Position numbers and translations under genes: made by a program. A DNA stretch of 63,833 bases, filler included, from Octopus bimaculoides (lineage: Eukaryota), in the NCBI RefSeq assembly GCF_001194135.2. It is 5 parts of 4 records of this genome, joined end to end, with 100 filler letters (N's around TTAATTAATTAA, not from the genome) between each part and the next. Parts side by side here need not be neighbours in the genome. Positions count along the whole stretch, not along the records: positions 48,324 to 57,252 come from NW_026431103.1; positions 57,353 to 63,833 come from NC_069006.1; 3 more parts are not named here. One strand, written 5' to 3'. Shown here in pieces: positions 53,909 to 62,774 of the stretch. The notes under the pieces were generated by a model, which was given only the letters and a program-made list of their open reading frames with translations, ran no database searches and was not told the DNA's origin. Every line of letters begins with the position of its first letter. Position 1 is the first letter of the stretch.

Positions 53909-54021
53909 TATATATATATATATATAAGAACTAAGGGTTAAAGTTATTAAAAAATAAGTTTATGCCAGTGACCGGCATGCGTAAAAAAACATCCAAGGAC
54001 TGAAAATTGTATTCAAATATA

Positions 54022-54161
54022 AAGAGGAAAGTCACTAAGTGGTTTCCTTACATGCTGAAAGTAGATACCAATCTCATTTAAATGTGAATGCATTTTTTGA
54101 GGGTCGATGATTTGGCATCTACTTCCAGCATGTAAGGAAACCACTTAGTGGCTTTCCTCTT
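54022..54161. mobile_element. MITE with ~52-bp TIRs
   Basis: aagaggaaagtcactaagtggtttccttacatgctgaaagtagataccaatc versus the reverse complement of gatttggcatctacttccagcatgtaaggaaaccacttagtggctttcctctt. TA-rich flanks. Confidence 0.88.
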
Positions 54162-54696
54162 ATATATATATATATATATATATTTTATTTTATTTTATTT
54201 TATTTTATATCATATATTGTATATTATATTATATATTGTATATTCCATATTCTATACCCCACATTGGTTCTGCAGGNNNNNNNNNNNNNNNNNNNNNNNN
54301 NNNNNNNNNNNNNNNNNNNNNNNNNNNNNNNNNNNNNNNNNNNNNNNNNNNNNNNNNNNNNNNNNNNNNNNNNNNNNNNNNNNNNNNNNNNNNNNNNNNN
54401 NNNNNNNNNNNNNNNNNNNNNNNNNNNNNNNNNNNNNNNNNNNNNNNNNNNNNNNNNNNNNNNNNNNNNNNNNNNNNNNNNNNNNNNNNNNNNNNNNNNN
54501 NNNNNNNNNNNNNNNNNNNNNNNNNNNNNNNNNNNNNNNNNNNNNNNNNNNNNNNNNNNNNNNNNNNNNNNNNNNNNNNNNNNNNNNNNNNNNNNNNNNN
54601 NNNNNNNNNNNNNNNNNNNNNNNNNNNNNNNNNNNNNNNNNNNNNNNNNNNNNNNNNNNNNNNNNNNNNNNNNNNNNNNNTGTGTGTGTGTATATA

Positions 54697-56915
54697 CAGT
54701 TGACCCCACTTCATAAATCCATTTTGGGACTGCCTATTTTGGATTTATTAACCGAGAGAACAAAATTTGCCAATTGATTAAACATATGTATTTATTAAAA
54801 TACATACATATGCAAATATATGAATAAAAACATTATAAACAATGTCATTGAATGAAAAATTTGTTGTTTGCTATGCTGGATGCTTTGTTTGTAACTCTGC
54901 ATTAATTTCTGTTCCTTAAGAGTTCTAAAAAGATTCATGTCACTGAAATCAAAACTTTCAAGGCCACTTACTTATCAAGTAAGATAGTGTCTCATTTTAG
55001 CTGTTGTTGGAGGCTCCGGAACTCTTTTATTAGCATCAACATTGCAATCACCATCTTCATCTCCTTTGATTTCTTTCTCAGATTGTTGAATGTCATGAAT
55101 GATCTCATCTAGTTTTTCTTCTTCAGTGATGATCTCTGGAGCAACAACAGCACCATCATCTATGGATAACCAGTTCTTGAATTACTTTTTGGCCAATCCA
55201 GTTGGTGGTGAAAGCAGGATCAAATCACCATTAACATTTATGGCTTGATTTGATTCTTCAGCCGAAATAAAACCAGCTTTGGTCCAACAATGTTTGATTG
55301 TCTGGATAGAGAACTTCTTCCAAGCTATGCTTAGCATGTACATGGCATCCAAAATGGTGATCTGCTTTGCAACTTCTTGGGCAAAAATGTCACGTTCAGT
55401 GTCTTCCATAACATCAATGATGTCATGCAATTCATGTCTGAAGTAGGCTTTCAAGGTCTTGATTATCCCCATGTCACAGGGCTACAGCACTGACATTGTG
55501 TTGGGAGGAAGAAATTTGAAAGTGATATTCTTGAGATCATCGATGACTACATGAGAAGAGCAATTGTTAAGTAGGACCACCAGTTGTCTTCCAGATTCTT
55601 GCAAACGACGATCCCTAGATCTGAGCCATCTTTCATAGATTTTTCACTGTCATCCAAGCATTGGTTGAAAGGCTGTACTGAATCAGAAGCGTTTTGACAT
55701 TTTTGAAGCAAACCAGCCTTTCTGATTAAGAGCAAGTCTTCTTTGTCTTCATTTATGTTGCAGACCACCAGCAAGGTCACATAGTCCTGTGCCACCTTAA
55801 AGCACCTCACAGTTTTCTTGCAACTCTCATTGACATATATATATTCCTTGGTAATGCACAAGTAGATCCCAGTTTCATCAGCATTGTAGATGTCTTGTGG
55901 CTGATTGATGGGCTCCATCAACATCAGCTGTATCACCTGCAAAGTATGAAATGTTTAGTTTGTGTTCTCTAAAGAGAAAGATGTGAACTAGTGAACTACA
56001 AAGCTTACCTTTTAGAACCATAAAGGAGATTCCATGTCTTTTTTGCCAACGATAAAACTACCCTTCAGATGCCTTAGAATTGTGTCCAGCAATGGTGTTG
56101 GCTTTGTGCATTAGGATTGAGCTGTTGATGGGAATGTTTCTCGAGCGAATTAATTGAAACCAATTGTAGAGAGCATGGTCTATCTGTTGGTCCTTTCGTC
56201 TCATTGGCGCTCTCTCTTTGATGAACAGCCATCATGTTCTTTGGCACAAAGGTCATTCTCATTCTTTAGCAAATTCTGGAGCAGACCTCTTGAAATTCCC
56301 AAACTCTGCTGCTTCTCACTGAGTTGTTTTCCCAAGAGCTTTGTAATGTTCTAACAATTGAATCTTTTCTGCCATGGATTTGTCCTGCCTCTCTCTTTTC
56401 ATTTTGAACAATTTGTGTGTGTCTGTCTCTCAGAACAAAGGATGAATGATGATTTTTTTTCAGCCTTAAATACTGACAGGTAGACACCAGCAGCCACAAC
56501 AAACCAGCTGTCATGTGGTACATTCCATCATCCTATGACTGAGAAGGGCTCTTAATTTTGATAAGAGGTGTCCCAGAGTCTACTTTATAACTTGAATGAC
56601 AGGGTGGTGTGGTAGGCTCCAGCAGCCACTGCCAGCTACTACATATTTATTGATCTATTTTTGGATGATTGTGTACTACATGACAGCTGGTTGGCTGTGG
56701 CTGCTGGAGCCTATCTGTCAGTATCTAAGAGTGAAAAAAACAAAACACTTCATTCATTCACTGCCACTTGTTGACACTTTTGGAAGAAGCAGCTACAACT
56801 GGATTTGTTAAGTGATGGTTTGGATTTATTAAACAAGAGATTTTATGTGTAAAAATTCTGTTCCAACCCATTTTGGAGACACTAAGCCGGTGGATTTATA
56901 AAGTGGGATCTACTA
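54697..56915 (-). mobile_element. Full-length pogo/Tigger-type DNA transposon (~2.2 kb), decayed
   Basis: TIRs TA|CAGTTGACCCCACTTCATAAATCC and GGATTTATAAAGTGGGATCTACTA. Minus-strand transposase remnants: MKRERQDKSMAEKIQLL (HTH), IDHALYNWFQLIRSRNIPINSSILMHKA, DIYNADETGIY, FKFLPPN..QPCDMGIIKTLKAYFR, WKKFSIQTIKHCWTKAGF. Confidence 0.92.
55937..56008 (-). other. 72-nt spliceosomal intron inside the Tigger transposase
   Basis: Minus strand aaaag|GTAAGC ... catactttgCAG|gtgat. Removing it joins GISFMVLK+GDTADVD in frame, matching the usual GIxFxxxxGExAxxD segment. Confidence 0.7.
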
Positions 56916-57252
56916 TCATCATCATCATCATCGTTTAACGTCCGCTTTCCATGCTAGCATGGGTTGGACGATTTGACTGAGGGCTGGTGAAACCGGATGG
57001 CAACACCAGGCTCCAATCTAATTTGGCAGAGTTTCTACAGCTGGATGCCCTTCCTAACGCCAACCACTCAGAGAGTGTAGTGGGTGCTTTTACGTGTCAC
57101 CCGCACGAAGGCCAGTCAGGCGATACTGGCAACGGCCACGCTCGAAATGGTGTCTTTTATGTGCCACCTGCACAAGAGCCAGTCCAGGGGCACTGGCAAC
57201 GATCTCGCTCGAAAATCCTACGAAGGCCAGTCAGGCGGTACTGGCAACGGCC
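56916..57252 (-). mobile_element. Young RTE LINE 3' end abutting the Tigger TIR
   Basis: catcatcatcgtttaacgtccgctttccatgctagcatgggttggacg.. with CpGs intact. Truncated by the scaffold join. Confidence 0.9.
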
Positions 57253-57352
57253 NNNNNNNNNNNNNNNNNNNNNNNNNNNNNNNNNNNNNNNNNNNNTTAA
57301 TTAATTAANNNNNNNNNNNNNNNNNNNNNNNNNNNNNNNNNNNNNNNNNNNN
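57253..57352. other. Artificial scaffold join with six-frame stop linker
   Basis: 44 N + TTAATTAATTAA (57297-57308) + 44 N. Confidence 0.95.
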
Positions 57353-57419
57353 CACGTAAGTCTTACCTCACTTCTGAATTTTAGCCTGAAATAGAGCAAT
57401 TCTATTTACTGTATTAGAA

Positions 57420-58430
57420 GTTGAAGGTGCATGGCTTAGTGGTTAGAGGTGTTGGACTCCTGATTGTAAGATTGTGGTTTCGATTCCTGGACTATGCAAT
57501 ATGTTCTGTTCTCAGTTAAAATGCTTTATTTCATGTTAAGATTGTGGTTTCAATTCCTGGACCAGAAGGTGCATTGTGTTCTTAAGCAAAACACTTCATT
57601 TCACATAGCTCCAGTCTACTCAGCTGGTAAAAATGAGAAAACCTGAGACAGACCAGCACCCCTGTCCAGGGAGGAATATATACACATGAGAAACACCAGG
57701 GAACTGGCCCCTTGCTCTTTATTGATTAATGTGGACTAACCATAACACAGATATGCTCTACAATATTATCATGCATTATATAGATATGGTGGAGACACAT
57801 GGCTTAATGGTTAGGGTTAGATTGTGATTTCAATTCCTGGACTGGGTGATGCATTGTGTTTTTAGGTAAAATACTTCATTTCACATTGTTCCAGTCCACT
57901 CAGCTGATAAAAAGGAGTAAACCTGTGATGGCTTGGCATCTCATCCAGAGGGGAATATACAAGAGGAGGTGCTGGAAAGTTCCTGGCTTTGGATAAAAGA
58001 AAATGCAGGAGAATCTGTTAATTATGATTTTATTTAATATATTCTTCTCTTAGATTCACACACTTATTGCAGCAGTCCTTCAGTCTTTCTGAGCCCTGTA
58101 AAGGAACTCAGAATGTTGGGCCTCCAACCAGGCCTTTTGCAATGACCTTAAAACCAGAAACACCAGGAAACCAGCCCTATGCTCCTTACGGAGTAATGTG
58201 GACTAACTATAATATCAATATACACTACAATATTGTCATGTATAATATAGATATGGTGGAGACGCACAGCTTAGTGGTTCGGGTGTTTGATTAATGATCA
58301 TAAGACTGGTTTCAATTCCTGGACTGGGTGATGCATTGTGTTCTTGAGCAAAGCTCTTCGTTTCATGTTGCTTCAGTTCACTCAGCTGATGAAGATGAAT
58401 AATCCTGAGATGGACCATCATCCTATCCAT
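57420..58430 (+). mobile_element. Three head-to-tail copies of a third tRNA-derived SINE
   Basis: g(g/a)(t/c)(g/a)cat(g/a)gctta(g/a)tggtt..gattgtg(g/a)tttc(g/a)attcctggac..ttgtgtt..aaaacacttcatttcac..ccagtc(c/t)actcagctg at ~57425, ~57793 and ~58258. Confidence 0.85.
57960..58160 (+). mobile_element. Mariner-derived MITE (TACGAGGG-type TIR), inserted in a SINE
   Basis: tacaagaggaggtgctggaaagttcctggcttt.. is homologous to the reverse complement of 60449-60650. Right TIR truncated. Confidence 0.8.
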
Positions 58431-58485
58431 CTCCACTCCCTCTGTCTCTCCAACTGAGGTACCTATGTATCTCTTCTACTGCATA

Positions 58486-58700
58486 TTATTACCTCCACCA
58501 AGGTGGAGCTATTGTTTTCAGTCATGTTTGTGTGTTTGTTTGTCTGTGGAAAAGATATCTCAAGAACCACTGGATAGTTCTGGATGAAACTTTCAGGGAT
58601 GTTTGGCCTCGTGATTGGCACAAACTGATTAAATTTTGGCAGAATTGTTAGCATGCTGGACAAAATGCTTAGTATTTCGGTCATCACTACATTCTGATTT
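58486..58700 (+). mobile_element. Helentron/HINE-like repeat
   Basis: ttattacctccaccaaggtggag..tgtttgtctgt..gatatctcaagaaccactgga..gatgaaactttcagg resembles the ATTACCTCCGCCAAGGAGG-type element head. Confidence 0.5.
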
Positions 58701-58927
58701 CAAATTCTGTTGTGGTCAACTTTGCCTTTCATCCTTTCAAGGTCAATAAGATAAGTACCAGTTGAACACTGGGGTTGATGTAATCAACTTATCCCTGCCC
58801 CACAAATTACTGCCCTTGTGGCAAAATTTGAAATCACCATTATTATTATTATTATTGTTATTATTATTATTGTTATTATTATTATTATTATTTTTATTAT
58901 TTACATATTTATTTATTGTTTAACCAG

Positions 58928-59027
58928 CATACTTTTCTGATAACATCATGTGCCATTTTGGTGCCAGTATGATTAGTGGTCTAGTCACTACAGCAGCATC
59001 AATGCCAGTAGACATTGCAAAGACCAG
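58928..59027 (+). CDS. SLC25A11: Mitochondrial 2-oxoglutarate/malate carrier, internal exon (third from last)
   Basis: ttgtttaaccag|CA...ACCAG|gtaaga, 100 nt. Translates xYFSDNIMCHFGASMISGLVTTAASMPVDIAKT(R), containing the carrier signature PxDxxKxR and nearly identical to the vertebrate OGC segment YFSDNILCHFCASMISGLVTTAASMPVDIAKTR as I recall it. Confidence 0.96.
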
Positions 59028-59202
59028 GTAAGAACAAAACCTTTTATACATACATATAAAAGTAATAATCAAATCAAACCAAACCAAACAATGATATTTT
59101 GAAATCATTTAATATGCATGTTTCAGGTTTGCACAATATTGTAGCCATTATGTAAACCTTCCTCCAGCATGACCACAGCTGAATGGCTGAAACGAGTAAA
59201 AG

Positions 59203-59237
<35 letters not shown>

Positions 59238-59552
59238 AGCAACAGTGACTCAAGGGCTGAGAATTTCGTGTGTTGGCACTTATCAAACTTGATTCTGTAA
59301 GATGAGCATAATATATATGTACTGGCAGAGGAGGTAACAGTCCCATGACTGTCTCTAGAATCACTAGGCTAGGTCTAGTTTCACCTATTCTATAGGTATT
59401 GTCAGTAGTAACTGTTCAAATGGTTGAGGTTTTGGTTAATTCCGTGTGTGTAAACANNNNNNNNNNNNNNNNNNNNNNNNNNNNNNNNNNNNNNNNNNNN
59501 NNNNNNNNNNNNNNNNNNNNNNNNNNNNNNNNNNNNNNNNNNNNNNNNNNNN

Positions 59553-59594
<42 letters not shown>

Positions 59595-59634
59595 ATGTGT
59601 GTGTATATTGATTTTCTTTTTCTCTTTTTTTCAG

Positions 59635-59686
59635 AATTCAGAACATGAAAATTATAGATGGTGTGCCAGAATATAAAGGAGCATTG
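59635..59686 (+). CDS. SLC25A11: 2-oxoglutarate/malate carrier, penultimate exon
   Basis: Long polypyrimidine tract ...ttttttcag|AATTCAG...GCATTG|gtaagt, 52 nt. Phase-compatible with the previous exon (AG+A = Arg). Translates IQNMKIIDGVPEYKGAL, matching OGC IQNMRMIDGKPEYKNGL. Confidence 0.95.
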
Positions 59687-60265
59687 GTAAGTCTAAGACT
59701 GATATTACATACGCAAGATATTTCTCAAAGACTCATAGGCATGGCTGCGCGGTTAGGTAGCTCATTTTATAACCACATGGTTTCAACTTCAAATCTGCTG
59801 TGTGACAACTTGGGTGTGGCATCGTGGGCAAGTGTTTTTTACCATAGCCTCAGGCCAGTCAATGCCTTGTGTGTGAATTTGTTCTCTGTGTCTGGTTTTA
59901 TTTTCCTTAAGATTGATACTATGGAAACTGCCACTGTTTTTGTATTTTGTCCTTTGAAGGTTTGCTAAATTCTTCATTATTTTCAAAAGGGCATAAGTGC
60001 AGGAATGAAATGTGCTTGGGGGGTGCAAAGCCAGATTCAAAGCGTTTTTATTGCCTGTCCCAAAATTTTAGGGGCTGTGCTTGCACCCCATGTTCTTGAG
60101 CCTATGCAAAAGGGCTAAAAAAATAGAATATTTGATATTTCGTAGCCTAATCATTAATGTAGTCCCTTGGCAAGCAATATATACTTGGTTCAAGTCCCAT
60201 CAATGATCTGTCAATTTTTCTGTCTCTCAAATTAGAGATTATGTTTAATAAAACAGAATTTAGAG

Positions 60266-60733
60266 AAGTGGTTCTCAACCAGGGTCCATATGACCCATGG
60301 ATGGGGCATATTGGATTTTGTTGTCAAAATTTATGTGCAATAAATTGCTTATACTTGTATAATACACGAAATATTTTGACAATTTTTTTTATACAATTCC
60401 AAATATTTAATTATAAAAATGCAGTAGGATTGTTTTTGTTTTTTTATATAGGGGTTACTGAATAGTTCCTGGCTTTATGTGTATGACAAAAGGCCTGGTT
60501 GGAGGCCCAACCTTCTGAGTTCTTTTACAGAACTTAGAAAAACTGAAGGACCACTGCAATAAGTGTATGAATCTGAAAGGAGAATCATAATTAACTGATC
60601 TTTCTGTATTTTCTTTTACCCAAAACCAGGAACTTTTCAGCACCCCCTCGTACATCATATGGTTATGGGGGTCCAGTAGAGTAAAATAGGAACCAAAGGG
60701 GGTCCTTAGGCAAAAAGTGGTTGAGAACCACTG
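60266..60733. mobile_element. hAT (Charlie-type) MITE containing a nested mariner MITE
   Basis: TIRs (a)agtggttctcaacc ... ggttgagaaccactg. Flanks atttagag and gtttagat resemble an nTCTAGAn-type TSD with a 2-bp offset. Confidence 0.8.
60449..60650 (-). mobile_element. Mariner-derived MITE, both TIRs present
   Basis: ggggttactgaatagttcctggcttt ... aaaccaggaacttttcagcaccccctcg|ta. Confidence 0.85.
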
Positions 60734-60899
60734 GTGTTTAGATCAAGACATGTTCAAGAGATGAGTTATTAGCAAAGTGAAATGGGTTAAGTATGATTTA
60801 AGTGAGGGGGCAGCAAATGTTTATTGGATATACAATGAAACATGCAGGACATATCTAGTTTGGCACTTTTACCATTCCACCAACTTTAATATAATAATA

Positions 60900-61175
60900 A
60901 TTTTATTTGCAACAAGGGCTGAGCACTCCACAGTTCTCGGGGATATTCAGCTTGCCAAGGCTGGCTCTTTGAATTACAGGCACAACAGAAACAGGAAGTA
61001 AGAGTGAGAGAAAGTTGTGGTAAAAGAGTACAGCAGGGTTCACCACCATCCCCAGCTGGAGCCACCTAAGTGTTTTCGCTCAATAAACACTCACAACGCC
61101 CGGTCTGGGAATTGAAACCGCGATCCTATGACCGTGAGTCCGCTGCCCTAACCATTGGGCCATTGGGCCTCCACT
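60900..61175 (-). mobile_element. tRNA-derived SINE in the last SLC25A11 intron
   Basis: Reverse strand gtggaggcccaatggcccaatggttagggcagcggactcacgg..ggtttcaattcccagaccgggcg (A/B-box-like head). Confidence 0.85.
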
Positions 61176-61290
61176 ATTATGATGAATAGATATAGAATTC
61201 TGTCAATGTATTGTTTCTTTTTACTGCAAATGTCTGTAACTAATACCATTTACATTAGCAGTTAACTGTATTCTATTCTATTTTTTTCAG

Positions 61291-61467
61291 GATGTCTTTT
61301 ACAAAGTAATTCGCTCAGAAGGATTATTCAGCTTATGGAAGGGTTTCACTCCCTATTATGCCAGACTTGGTCCTCATACAGTTCTCACTTTTATTTTCCT
61401 GGAGCAAATGAACAAGATGTATCGCAGAATTGTTATGAACGATCTGGAAGGACGCAGTGGTTTGTAG
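61291..61467 (+). CDS. SLC25A11: 2-oxoglutarate/malate carrier, last coding exon
   Basis: tttttttcag|GAT..., phase 0. Translates DVFYKVIRSEGLFSLWKGFTPYYARLGPHTVLTFIFLEQMNKMYRRIVMNDLEGRSGL then TAG. WKGFTPYYARLGPHTVLTFIFLEQMNK is the OGC C-terminal hallmark. Confidence 0.97.
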   Translation, partial: DVFYKVIRSEGLFSLWKGFTPYYARLGPHTVLTFIFLEQMNKMYRRIVMNDLEGRSGL

Positions 61468-62350
61468 TGTTTAACAATTGGCAGCTGAATTATCAGTTGT
61501 CAATTGTTTGCAGCATAATACTTGGCAGGAGTTGTTGAAAGCAAAAAACAAAAAAAACTGATACACATTTGTATACTCACACAATGTATGTCTATAATTA
61601 TGTATACTTGCATACATTAACACACACATACCATATAAGTGGGTTCAAAGTCATACCATATGACCCTGTCAAAGTGATTGAACTTTTGATGTTTAGAACT
61701 AAATTGATTTTGTGGTAAATACAAAAAAGGGGGAAAAATGGGGGGAAAAAAAGTCACTCTGGGTTTCCTTGTCTGTAGGAGGGTGGGGGTAGTACTAAAA
61801 ATATGGATTGAAAAGAATTATTCAGTAGAACAATTTGTTTTGTAATTTCTACAGCTTANNNNNNNNNNNNNNNNNNNNNNNNNNNNNNNNNNNNNNNNNN
61901 NNNNNNNNNNNNNNNNNNNNNNNNNNNNNNNNNNNNNNNNNNNNNNNNNNNNNNNNNNNNNNNNNNNNNNNNNNNNNNNNNNNNNNNNNNNNNNNNNNNN
62001 NNNNNNNNNNNNNNNNNNNNNNNNNNNNNNNNNNNNNNNNNNNNNNNNNNNNNNNNNNNNNNNNNNNNNNNNNNNNNNNNNNNNNNNNNNNNNNNNNNNN
62101 NNNNNNNNNNNNNNNNNNNNNNNNNNNNNNNNNNNNNNNNNNNNNNNNNNNNNNNNNNNNNNNNNNNNNNNNNNNNNNNNNNNNNNNNNNNNNNNNNNNN
62201 NNNNNNNNNNNNNNNNNNNNNNNNNNNNNNNNNNNNNNNNNNNNNNNNNNNNNNNNNNNNNNNNNNNNNNNNNNNNNNNNNNNNNNNNNNNNNNNNNNNN
62301 NNNNNNNNNNNNNNNNNNNNNNNNNNNNNNNNNNNNNNNNNNNNNNNNNN

Positions 62351-62774
62351 ATTTATTAATTATTTAAAAATTGTATTTATGTATTTATGTATTTTATTCA
62401 TTTTCCTGAAACTCAGTACAGAACAAACTGAATTATTCCAACCAGAACCCTCTCCTTAATCTCTCTTATTAATATACACTTGCCACACATTTAATTCTTC
62501 ATCTTTGGCTCATTCTTTTATTCATGTCTCCTCCCATCTATCACATGATTAAGGCCCCATGTCCTCTAAGTAGTTTACTCACAGCTGTGCCACAAACTCC
62601 TTCACAATTTGCAACCACTTGATTCCGCATGCGATGTGGAATTTGTACATATTTTGCAAAATGCCTCCTGCCCACCACTGACCAAATAAGGTAGGTACTC
62701 CTGCAGAGAAAGTTTCCATAGATGACACTAATTCTACCAACTATCCACCATATTGCTCTCACTTTTATTTTGAA
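62351..62774 (+). repeat. 424-bp duplicate of 63398-63821
   Basis: Identical for ~145 bp, then 15 substitutions and no indels over the remaining ~280 bp. Confidence 0.93.

Noticed and set aside
57420-61175. tRNA-like A/B-box sequences (tggcttagtggttag..ggtttcgattcc)
   Set aside because: They are SINE heads: they continue into family-specific bodies and lack a complete cloverleaf.
61456-61467. C-terminal SGL as a peroxisomal PTS1
   Set aside because: It is not a canonical PTS1 tripeptide, and the protein is a multi-pass inner-membrane carrier.
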